A stretch of 37,282 bases of DNA from a virus (Duplodnaviria > Heunggongvirae > Uroviricota > Caudoviricetes), in IMG/VR virus record IMGVR_UViG_2778261667_000009; one strand, given 5' to 3'. The notes under the pieces were generated by a model that worked only from the letters and a program-made list of their open reading frames with translations, made no database searches and was not told the DNA's origin. Below, piece by piece: positions 30,189 through 37,282 of the stretch; the first letter of the stretch is position 1, and every line of letters begins with the position of its first letter. The position numbers and the translations under genes were made by a program.

Positions 30189-31328
30189 ATGGCAGCGGTT
30201 GAATTTCAATTGTCTAGGAAGATGATTGATTGGATAGCAAATTCTCAAGGAGTTTCTATCGAAACTCTTGCTGACCAAGTCATGCCCAAAAAGATTAATA
30301 AATTTCTTAACGGAGTGGTAAGTAAATCCGCAGCAGAAAAACTGGCAAAAATTGGAGGAATCCCTTTCGGTTTTTTATTTCTTGAAACGCCACCAACTCC
30401 AGCCAAACCCAAGATCCCTGACTTAAGGCAAGCTATAAATAGCCGTGAGTTAGGAAAAGATTTTTTTGATGTTTACTATGATATAGAATATAAACTTGAG
30501 TGGTACAAAGACTATTTAAGAGAAAATGGTAATGATGATCCACTCGATTTTATTGGTAAATTTAAATTTAATAGAAAATTAAATTATAAGGTTGTTGCTA
30601 CAGACATAGCAAACACAATACATTTTGATATACAAAAAGAGATAAAAAATGTCACTTTTGAGAGCTATTTTTCTAAAGTGGCAAAACTAATAGAAGACAC
30701 TGGCGTATTAGTTTTCAAGAATGGTGTTGTGGGTAATAATAATAAAAGAAAACTTGACACGCGAGAGTTTCGTGGTTTCTGTATATCTGATAGCGTTGCT
30801 CCGATCATTTTTGTAAATAGCTCGGACGCGTTATCTGCGCAGGTATTTACATTATTTCATGAGGTGGCTCATCTTTGGCTTGGAGTCGATGGAGTCTCTG
30901 GGTGGGACACAGAAAAAAACATAGAATCTTTTTGTAATAAAGTTGCTGCTGAAATCTTAATGCCTGATAATCTCTTCAAATCTTTCTGGCTTAATGCATC
31001 CAGCGATAATAATTATTATCGAGTAAAAGAGGTTTCTAAGTTATTTAAGGTTAGTGATTTCGCTTGTGCAATCAAAGCGTTACAATTAGATTTGATAGAA
31101 AGAAACACTTTGGAGATAATTAAAGATCAAGCTTACAATAAGCCCAAAAAAGAATCTAATGGTGGTTCTTTCTTTAACACATTACCTGTTCGTAACAGTC
31201 CAAAACTTACGAATATAATAATTTCCAAAGCAATGTCTCAACAATTACCATTAAGGGAAGCAGGCGTACTGCTAAATGTAAAAGCAGATACAGTTGTTGA
31301 ATTTTATAAAAAACGAGAATCTCTATGA
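30189..31328 (+). CDS. HTH-fused ImmA/IrrE-family (M78, COG2856-like) metallopeptidase-like protein
   Basis: 379 aa; N-terminal HTH-like segment, central RGFCISDSVAPIIFVNSSD...VFTLFHEVAHLWLG matching the M78 HExxH signature, plus ~120-aa C-terminal extension. AGGTGA RBS; AT-rich by eye. Confidence 0.55.
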   Translation: MAAVEFQLSRKMIDWIANSQGVSIETLADQVMPKKINKFLNGVVSKSAAEKLAKIGGIPFGFLFLETPPTPAKPKIPDLRQAINSRELGKDFFDVYYDIEYKLEWYKDYLRENGNDDPLDFIGKFKFNRKLNYKVVATDIANTIHFDIQKEIKNVTFESYFSKVAKLIEDTGVLVFKNGVVGNNNKRKLDTREFRGFCISDSVAPIIFVNSSDALSAQVFTLFHEVAHLWLGVDGVSGWDTEKNIESFCNKVAAEILMPDNLFKSFWLNASSDNNYYRVKEVSKLFKVSDFACAIKALQLDLIERNTLEIIKDQAYNKPKKESNGGSFFNTLPVRNSPKLTNIIISKAMSQQLPLREAGVLLNVKADTVVEFYKKRESL

Positions 31329-31837
31329 TTCATAATGGAAAATTCTTAATTGATAGTAATGTCTTCATAGAGGCAAAAAACTTTGCATATAACTTCAATT
31401 ATTGCAAAATATTTTGGGATTTTCTTCTCGCTTTACACATGAATGGTCTGATTTATAGCATTAATGCTGTAAAAAAAGAACTATGTGCAAAAGATGATCC
31501 ATTGTGTAAATGGATTAAAGAAGAGTTACCATCATCATTCTTCGAAGATGAGCATAGTTCAATAGAAAATTATGCAAAGTTAATAAATTGGTCAACTAAA
31601 TTAGATGTTACCGAAAAGGCAAAGTTTGACTTTGCAAGCCATGAAAAAGCAGATGCTTTTTTAATAGCCCATGCGATGACACATGGATATACTATTATTA
31701 CCCATGAGAAACCATCCGGTGGCAAACCTAAAAAAAGAATAATGATCCCGGATGCTGCTGCTTCTCACGGCGTTAAGACATTAACACTATATGAATTTCT
31801 TCCAAGATACGCTAGTCATAATTTTTCTTTGAAATAA
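31325..31837 (+). CDS. PIN-like (DUF4411-like) putative nuclease, partner of the upstream peptidase
   Basis: 170 aa; N-terminus KFLIDSNVFIEAKN is PIN-like with a first acidic residue; start overlaps the upstream stop (ATGA). Family assignment from memory. Confidence 0.5.
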   Translation: MIHNGKFLIDSNVFIEAKNFAYNFNYCKIFWDFLLALHMNGLIYSINAVKKELCAKDDPLCKWIKEELPSSFFEDEHSSIENYAKLINWSTKLDVTEKAKFDFASHEKADAFLIAHAMTHGYTIITHEKPSGGKPKKRIMIPDAAASHGVKTLTLYEFLPRYASHNFSLK

Positions 31838-31845
31838 AACGTCCC

Positions 31846-31873
31846 GGCCACCGTGCCGGGTTTTCTTTTGTCC
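31846..31873 (+). terminator. Intrinsic terminator ending the cI-peptidase-PIN operon
   Basis: Hairpin CCCGGC-cacc/gt-GCCGGG followed by TTTTCTTTTG, 9 nt after the PIN-like gene stop. Confidence 0.6.
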
Positions 31874-31994
31874 CCTCCCCTCATCACACAAACCGTTCGA
31901 AAAACCACCACAACCTCCCTTCAGTTATCGCTATGCGATGCAAGTCACAAAATTAATTCTTTTTGCTATCAAACAGTTAATATCAAAACACATC

Positions 31995-32050
31995 AATCAA
32001 TAGCAATAAGTATTGATACCACCAATAGCAATAGCTATTATTACCATGTC
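31995..32050 (+). promoter_or_regulatory. OL/PL: -35 TTGATA (32013-32018), 17-nt spacer, -10 TATTAT (32036-32041), with ATAGCAAT operator motifs
   Basis: Near-consensus sigma70 promoter pointing into the gam-bet-exo operon; overlaps 16-bp dyad AATAGC-aata-GCTATT and an upstream AATAGCAAT copy, the same motif as at OR. Confidence 0.5.
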
Positions 32051-32147
32051 GCAACAACACAACGATACGGCAACCACCTGATTCACCGTTGCGATGACCG
32101 CTTAGATCCGCAGCTTGAATTTCAGCAGGCTCCGGGGAGTGCGAGGG

Positions 32148-32525
32148 GTGAAGCGGACGCGTGAACGTCGGTGTGACCAGCTGAAATCAACTCAACACTT
32201 CATACCTCAGTCGCTTCAACGAGGCGGCTTAGTTATGACAACCGGCGGCCATCCACCGCCTGAATACGCGCAGAAGTCTCTATATGTTCAGCAGCCCAGC
32301 TTACGGGCAGGAGTTTTTATGGTTCATCAACATTACGGAACGCAGACCGTTAATCGCGGTGCGGTCATGCCAGGAATGCTGGTCAAACACAAAGATGGTA
32401 CCTGGACTGCATCAGCTAATTTACGCGGACGGCTTTATCTGCATCGCGGCATCGAGCGCACTTATACCCGTGACTTGCTCGTGGAAATTTTTCTCGACGG
32501 ACGCGGCAACGGCCTGAATCACTAA
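32148..32525 (+). CDS. Hypothetical basic protein in the N/kil position (start uncertain: GTG 32148 or ATG 32236)
   Basis: From GTG 32148 (GGGAG 9 nt upstream) the N-terminus MKRTRERRCDQ is arginine-rich like an N-protein RNA-binding motif; from ATG 32236 (GAGG upstream) it is 96 aa. Only ORF between PL and gam. Confidence 0.3.
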   Translation: MKRTRERRCDQLKSTQHFIPQSLQRGGLVMTTGGHPPPEYAQKSLYVQQPSLRAGVFMVHQHYGTQTVNRGAVMPGMLVKHKDGTWTASANLRGRLYLHRGIERTYTRDLLVEIFLDGRGNGLNH

Positions 32526-32600
32526 CCCCCTTTCCTGTTTTCCTAATCAGCCTGGCATTTCCCGGGCAATAGTTTCACAGCCATTTTCAGGAGTTCAGCC

Positions 32601-32897
32601 ATGAACGCTTATTACATTCAGGATCGTCTTGAGGCTCAGAGCTGGGCGCGTCACTACCAGCAGATCGCCCGTGAAGAGAAAGAGGCAGAACTGGCAGACG
32701 ACATGGAAAAAGGCCTGCCCCAGCACCTGTTTGAATCGCTATGCATCGATCATTTGCAACGCCACGGGGCCAGCAAAAAAGCCATTACCCGTGCGTTTGA
32801 TGACGATGTTGAGTTTCAGGAGCGCATGGCAGAACACATCCGGTACATGGTTGAAACCATTGCTCACCACCAGGTTGATATTGATTCAGAGGTATAA
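32601..32897 (+). CDS. gam: Gam (RecBCD inhibitor), short GamS form
   Basis: 98 aa, [56 protein letters not shown]..., essentially lambda GamS. The upstream frame resembles the lambda GamL extension but contains a stop. Confidence 0.9.
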   Translation: MNAYYIQDRLEAQSWARHYQQIAREEKEAELADDMEKGLPQHLFESLCIDHLQRHGASKKAITRAFDDDVEFQERMAEHIRYMVETIAHHQVDIDSEV

Positions 32898-32902
32898 AAC
32901 GA

Positions 32903-33688
32903 ATGAGTACAGCACTCGCAACGCTGGCAGGGAAGCTGGCTGAACGTGTCGGCATGGATTCTGTCGACCCACAGGAACTGATCACCACTCTTCGCCAGAC
33001 GGCATTTAAAGGTGATGCCAGCGATGCGCAGTTCATCGCATTGCTGATCGTCGCCAACCAATACGGTCTTAATCCGTGGACGAAAGAAATTTACGCCTTT
33101 CCTGATAAGCAGAACGGCATCGTTCCGGTGGTGGGCGTTGATGGCTGGTCCCGCATCATCAACGAAAACCAGCAGTTTGACGGCATGGACTTTGAACAGG
33201 ACAACGAATCCTGCACATGCCGGATTTACCGCAAAGACCGCAATCATCCGATCTGCGTTACCGAGTGGATGGATGAATGCCGCCGCGAACCATTCAAAAC
33301 CCGCGAAGGCAGAGAAATCACGGGACCGTGGCAGTCGCATCCCAAACGGATGTTACGGCATAAAGCCATGATTCAGTGTGCCCGTCTGGCCTTCGGATTT
33401 GCTGGTATCTATGACAAGGATGAAGCCGAGCGCATTGTCGAAAATACCGCATACACTGCAGAACGTCAGCCGGAACGCGACATCACTCCGGTTAACGATG
33501 AAACCATGCAGGAGATTAACACTCTGCTGATTGCCCTGGACAAAACATGGGATGACGACTTATTGCCGCTCTGTTCCCAGATATTTCGCCGCGACATTCG
33601 CGCATCGTCAGAACTGACACAGGCCGAAGCAGTGAAAGCTCTTGGATTCCTGAAACAGAAAGCCACTGAGCAGAAGGTGGCAGCATGA
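32903..33688 (+). CDS. bet: Bet (Red-beta single-strand annealing protein)
   Basis: 261 aa, [68 protein letters not shown]..., matching lambda Bet. Confidence 0.95.
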   Translation: MSTALATLAGKLAERVGMDSVDPQELITTLRQTAFKGDASDAQFIALLIVANQYGLNPWTKEIYAFPDKQNGIVPVVGVDGWSRIINENQQFDGMDFEQDNESCTCRIYRKDRNHPICVTEWMDECRREPFKTREGREITGPWQSHPKRMLRHKAMIQCARLAFGFAGIYDKDEAERIVENTAYTAERQPERDITPVNDETMQEINTLLIALDKTWDDDLLPLCSQIFRRDIRASSELTQAEAVKALGFLKQKATEQKVAA

Positions 33689-34365
33689 CACCGGACATTA
33701 TCCTGCAGCGTACCGGGATCGACGTGAGAGCTGTCGAACAGGGAGATGATGCGTGGCACAAATTACGGCTCGGCGTCATCACAGCTTCAGAAGTTCATAA
33801 CGTAATAGCAAAACCCCGCTCCGGAAAAAAGTGGCCTGACATGAAAATGTCCTACTTCCACACCCTGCTGGCTGAGATTTGCACTGGTGTGGCTCCGGAA
33901 GTTAACGCTAAGGCGCTGTCCTGGGGAAAACAGTACGAGAACGACGCCAGAGCCCTGTTTGAGTTTACTTCCGGCGTGAATGTTACTGAATCCCCGATCA
34001 TCTATCGCGACGAAAGTATGCGCACCGCCTGCTCTCCCGATGGTTTATGCAGTGACGGCAACGGCCTTGAACTGAAATGCCCGTTTACCTCCCGGGATTT
34101 CATGAAATTCCGGCTCGGTGGTTTCGAGGCAATAAAATCGGCTTACATGGCCCAGGTGCAGTACAGCATGTGGGTGACGCGAAAAGATGCCTGGTACTTT
34201 GCCAACTATGACCCGCGCATGAAGCGTGAAGGCCTGCATTATGTCGTGATTGAGCGGAATGAAAAGTACATGGCGAGTTTTGACGAGATGGTGCCGGAGT
34301 TCATCGAAAAAATGGACGAGGCACTGGCTGAAATTGGTTTTGTATTTGGGGAGCAATGGCGATGA
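33685..34365 (+). CDS. exo: Exo (lambda exonuclease, Red-alpha)
   Basis: 226 aa, [64 protein letters not shown]..., matching lambda Exo; start overlaps the bet stop. Confidence 0.95.
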   Translation: MTPDIILQRTGIDVRAVEQGDDAWHKLRLGVITASEVHNVIAKPRSGKKWPDMKMSYFHTLLAEICTGVAPEVNAKALSWGKQYENDARALFEFTSGVNVTESPIIYRDESMRTACSPDGLCSDGNGLELKCPFTSRDFMKFRLGGFEAIKSAYMAQVQYSMWVTRKDAWYFANYDPRMKREGLHYVVIERNEKYMASFDEMVPEFIEKMDEALAEIGFVFGEQWR

Positions 34366-34544
34366 AGCATACTCACGATAATATCCGGGTAGGCGCGATC
34401 ACTTTCGTCTACTCCGTTACAAAGCGAGGCCGGGTATTTCCCGGCCTTTCTGTTATCAGAAATCCACTGAAAGCACAGCGGCTGGCTGAGGAGATAAATA
34501 ATAAACGGGGGGCTGTATGCACAAAGCATCTCCTGTTGAGTTAA
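34356..34544 (+). CDS. Small hypothetical protein (lambda b-region orf60a position)
   Basis: 62 aa; a second ATG at 34362 overlaps the exo stop (ATGA); GGGGAG upstream. Confidence 0.4.
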   Translation: MAMKHTHDNIRVGAITFVYSVTKRGRVFPGLSVIRNPLKAQRLAEEINNKRGAVCTKHLLLS

Positions 34545-34708
34545 GAACGAGTATCGAGATGGCACATAGCCTCGCTCATATTGGAGTCAGGTTTGTGCCA
34601 ATACCAGCAGAAACAGACGAAGAATTTCATACGTTAGCCGCATCCCTTTCACAAAAGCTCGAAATGATGGCGGCGAAAGCAGAAGCAGATGAGAGAGACC
34701 AGGTATGA
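34517..34708 (+). CDS. Small hypothetical protein (lambda orf63 position)
   Basis: 63 aa with GGGGG RBS; acidic C-terminus. Confidence 0.4.
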   Translation: MHKASPVELRTSIEMAHSLAHIGVRFVPIPAETDEEFHTLAASLSQKLEMMAAKAEADERDQV

Positions 34709-34789
34709 CAACCACTGAATGCATTTTTCTGGCAGCGGGCTTCATATTCTGTGTGCTTATGCTTGCCGACATGGGACTTGTTCAATGAC
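34706..34789 (+). CDS. 27-aa hydrophobic micro-ORF (possible small membrane peptide)
   Basis: MTTTECIFLAAGFIFCVLMLADMGLVQ; ATG overlaps the upstream stop and its TGA overlaps the next ATG. Not in the ORF track (under 60 aa). Confidence 0.3.
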
Positions 34790-35000
34790 ACCTCAGCAAG
34801 AAAACGCCCTTCGCAGCATTGCCCGTCAGGCTAATGCTGAAATCAAAAAAACCAGACAGCAGTTTCCGGATAAAAACGTCGATGACATTTGCCGTAGCGT
34901 ACTGAAGAAGCACCGCGAAACGGTAACGCTGATGGGATTCACACCGACTCATTTAAGTCTGGCAATCGGTATGTTAAACGGCGCCTTTAAGGAACGGTGA
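34785..35000 (+). CDS. Small hypothetical protein
   Basis: 71 aa from ATG 34785 (MTPQQENALRSIARQANAEIKK...), coupled to the upstream micro-ORF; followed by a terminator. Confidence 0.4.
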   Translation: MTPQQENALRSIARQANAEIKKTRQQFPDKNVDDICRSVLKKHRETVTLMGFTPTHLSLAIGMLNGAFKER

Positions 35001-35020
35001 ACATGAAAAGCAAAATCATC

Positions 35021-35045
35021 AGGGAGCTACAGGCTCCTTTTTTAT
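35021..35045 (+). terminator. Intrinsic terminator
   Basis: Hairpin AGGGAGC-tacag-GCTCCTT followed by TTTTTTATT. Confidence 0.45.
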
Positions 35046-35095
35046 TGTTCGCATTCACCCTCAAGCGTATTAACCAACAATTCAGGGATTGAAAG

Positions 35096-35314
35096 ATGGC
35101 AGACATCATTGATTCAGCATCAGAAATCGAAGAATTACAGCGCAATACAGCAATAAAAATGCGTCGTCTGAACCACCAGACTATATCTGCCACTCATTGT
35201 TGTGAGTGTGGCGATCCCATAGATAAGCGAAGACGCCTGGCCGTTCAGGGTTGTCGGACTTGTGCAAGTTGCCAGGAGGAGATCGAACTTAAGAACAAAC
35301 AATGGGGATTGTGA
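35096..35314 (+). CDS. TraR/DksA-family C4 zinc-finger protein
   Basis: 72 aa with CxxC-N17-CxxC (CCECGDPIDKRRRLAVQGCRTCASCQ), typical of phage TraR-like proteins. Confidence 0.6.
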   Translation: MADIIDSASEIEELQRNTAIKMRRLNHQTISATHCCECGDPIDKRRRLAVQGCRTCASCQEEIELKNKQWGL

Positions 35315-35361
35315 TGACCTCAAAGGAGCAAATTTCAACATCGTCCAACTGAGGTGTAAAA

Positions 35362-35640
35362 ATGTTCAGAATCATTTTGCCTAACACCTGGTACGTCGAC
35401 CACCACGGCACTCCCTGCAAAATCCTGCGTTCTACCCACAACAAAGTTCACTACATCCGAAAAGGCAGAACATGTATCGCCAGCATGTTCCGCTTTAATC
35501 ATGACTTTGAACCTGTGAATAAAGCTGATGCAGATCGGATAGCTGAAGAGATCGAAACAGCAGAACACATTAAGAAGTTACGTTCCATGCGCTCAAAAAG
35601 CAGAAGTAGCAATGGAATCACACAGCCTCAAACCCAATGA
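35362..35640 (+). CDS. Hypothetical protein
   Basis: 92 aa with GGTG RBS; no family recognised. Confidence 0.4.
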   Translation: MFRIILPNTWYVDHHGTPCKILRSTHNKVHYIRKGRTCIASMFRFNHDFEPVNKADADRIAEEIETAEHIKKLRSMRSKSRSSNGITQPQTQ

Positions 35641-35686
35641 GGCATGTTAACCCCCACCCCCTTTCATTCCAGCACCGGAGAAAACA

Positions 35687-35932
35687 ATGAGCGAAGTTAA
35701 CTTAATTGTGCCCAATGACTGGGTGACAGAGCAAAAACTGATCGAAATTACAGGTTTACGCCCAGGAACCATTGAGAGAGCACGTAAACAATCCTGGCTT
35801 GTCGGTCGTGAATATCTCCATGTTGCACCTGACGGTATTCCAAAAGAAAACAGCGAATGCATGTATAACCGCAAGGCTATCGACCAATGGGTTGAAAGTA
35901 TGTCAAAAAAACAGCCTGGTGCGCGTCGATGA
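35687..35932 (+). CDS. xis: Putative excisionase / DNA-binding protein
   Basis: 81 aa immediately upstream of int, GGAG RBS. Assignment mostly positional. Confidence 0.45.
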   Translation: MSEVNLIVPNDWVTEQKLIEITGLRPGTIERARKQSWLVGREYLHVAPDGIPKENSECMYNRKAIDQWVESMSKKQPGARR

Positions 35933-35977
35933 AGAACCGTTTATGCTTAATGCGCTCTTGGGCGTCAGGAGGGAACA

Positions 35978-37282
35978 ATGGCTAAGACAGCATACCCAAC
36001 AGGCGTTGAGAACCATGGCGGATCACTCCGCATATGGTTCATGTATAAAGGCACACGAGTACGGGAAAGTCTCGGTGTGCCGGATACACCAAAAAACAGG
36101 AAAATAGCTGGCGAGCTACGAGCGTCTGTTTGTTTTTCCATTAAGACTGGTAATTTCGACTATGCCGCTCAGTTTCCAGACTCTCCCAACCTGAGAAAGT
36201 TTGGTGCGGAAAGTAAGGAAATTACCGTCGCAGACCTGGCTGAGAAATGGCTGGATCTGAAAAAGCTGGAAATCAGTACCAATGCGATGGGGCGTTACAA
36301 CTCCATTGTAAGAAATATGGTTCCCCGAATCGGAGGCAACAGACTTGCATCTGCTGTGACTCAGGAAGAGCTACTGTTCATACGAAAGGATTTGCTGACC
36401 GGATATCATGTTCTGAAACGAGGGCAAAAAACACCCATTAAGGGACGCTCCGTGCCAACAGTTAATAACTACATGAACACCATGGCGGGGATGTTTCAGT
36501 TCGCAGCCGACAGCGGATACATCAAAGAAAATCCGTTTGCAGCCATTTCGCAACTGAAGAGATCACGAACGGAACCTGATCCGTTAACCCGTGATGAGTT
36601 TGTCAGGTTGATTAACGCATTTAAGCATCAGCAATTAAAAAATATGTGGTCACTGGCTGTTTATACGGGAGTTCGCCACGGGGAGTTGGTTTCTCTGGCA
36701 TGGGAAGATATAGACCTGAAGGCAGGGACAATGACGATCAGAAGAAACCACACATTAACGAAAGAGTTCACTCTTCCTAAAACCGAAGCAGGAACAAACC
36801 GTGTTATCAACCTTATTCAACCAGCAATAGACGTGCTTAAGAATCAGGCTGAAATGACTCGGCTTGGTAAGCAATATCAGGTTGAAGTGAAACTTCGTGA
36901 ATATGGTCGAACTGAAATGCATCCGTGCACTTTTGTCTTCAATCCGCAAATCGTTACGCGTAATGGCCTTGCCGGGTACCATTATGCAGTTGGGTCGATT
37001 AATCAGTCATGGGAAACTGCAATGCGACGTGCGGGGATTCGCTACCGCAAAGCATATCAGTCCAGGCACACTTATGCATGTTGGTCTTTGACCGCTGGAG
37101 CTAACCCTAACTTCATCGCGAAGCAAATGGGACACTCTGATGCTCAGATGGTTTATCGCGTTTACGGGTCGTGGATGGCAGAAAACAATCAGGATCAGGT
37201 ATCCATTTTAAACCAGAAATTGAGTGAGTTTGCCCCATCCATGCCCCACGCTGTGGGATCGGATGTAATTAAACAAGCATAG
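35978..37282 (+). CDS. int: Site-specific tyrosine integrase
   Basis: 434 aa; C-terminal catalytic signature (RHTYA..., HSD...VYRVYG) typical of tyrosine recombinases; GGAGGGA RBS; stop at 37280-37282. Confidence 0.85.
   Translation: MAKTAYPTGVENHGGSLRIWFMYKGTRVRESLGVPDTPKNRKIAGELRASVCFSIKTGNFDYAAQFPDSPNLRKFGAESKEITVADLAEKWLDLKKLEISTNAMGRYNSIVRNMVPRIGGNRLASAVTQEELLFIRKDLLTGYHVLKRGQKTPIKGRSVPTVNNYMNTMAGMFQFAADSGYIKENPFAAISQLKRSRTEPDPLTRDEFVRLINAFKHQQLKNMWSLAVYTGVRHGELVSLAWEDIDLKAGTMTIRRNHTLTKEFTLPKTEAGTNRVINLIQPAIDVLKNQAEMTRLGKQYQVEVKLREYGRTEMHPCTFVFNPQIVTRNGLAGYHYAVGSINQSWETAMRRAGIRYRKAYQSRHTYACWSLTAGANPNFIAKQMGHSDAQMVYRVYGSWMAENNQDQVSILNQKLSEFAPSMPHAVGSDVIKQA

Noticed and set aside
31853-32164. 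103-aa plus-strand ORF spanning the terminator and OL/PL
   Set aside because: Runs through the terminator hairpin, operators and promoter hexamers; better explained as regulatory DNA.
32864-33782. Minus-strand ORFs (158, 97 and 88 aa) antisense to bet/exo
   Set aside because: Bet and Exo on the plus strand are essentially lambda-identical; the antisense frames are Arg/Ser/Cys-rich shadows.
35003-35092. 29-aa ORF (MKSKIIRELQAPFLLFAFTLKRINQQFRD) with AAGGAA upstream
   Set aside because: Its coding sequence consists largely of the terminator hairpin and T-run at 35021-35045; more likely terminator sequence than a gene, though not excluded.

Overview
This window is almost entirely one mosaic lambdoid prophage of enterobacterial type (E. 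coli/Shigella/Salmonella-like), covering nearly the whole genome from the tailspike (left, minus strand) to the integrase (right, plus strand). Identifications rest on reading the six-frame translations against remembered protein families; no search was run and GC statements are by eye. Backbone, right to left: int-xis, a lambda-type Red recombination module (exo, bet, gam), a PL/OL - cI - OR/PR - cro-like immunity region, a YdaT/CII-like gene, lambda-type replication genes O (with internal ori iterons) and P, a degenerate ren, a DLP12-like nin module (NinB/YbcN, ninE, ybcO, rusA, ylcG), Q-like antiterminator, a late promoter and 6S-like leader with terminators, a lysis cassette (dual-start holin, lambda R-type transglycosylase, Rz/Rz1), then a P22/Sf6-type virion module (TerS, TerL, portal, scaffold, coat, gp4, gp10, gp26, gp14, gp7, gp20, gp16) ending in a 918-aa tailspike with a P22-type head-binding N-terminus. 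Four AT-rich accessory islands interrupt this backbone. The most interesting is a two-gene module directly downstream of cI, in the position lambda uses for rexAB: an HTH-fused ImmA/IrrE (M78, HExxH) metallopeptidase-like protein translationally coupled to a PIN-like (DUF4411-like) protein, which I propose as a candidate lysogen-expressed anti-phage or toxin-antitoxin-like system. The second is an insertion in the ren/nin region carrying a decayed IS200-like transposase, a 29-bp perfect hairpin, and a GT61/DUF563-like glycosyltransferase split at an A9 tract. The third is an immI-like locus with orphan mnt (no arc/ant), a standalone M78-like peptidase and a SieA-position membrane protein. The fourth is the lambda b-region equivalent, with a TraR/DksA-type zinc finger protein and small coupled ORFs. 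No rRNA, tRNA or CRISPR array was recognised.
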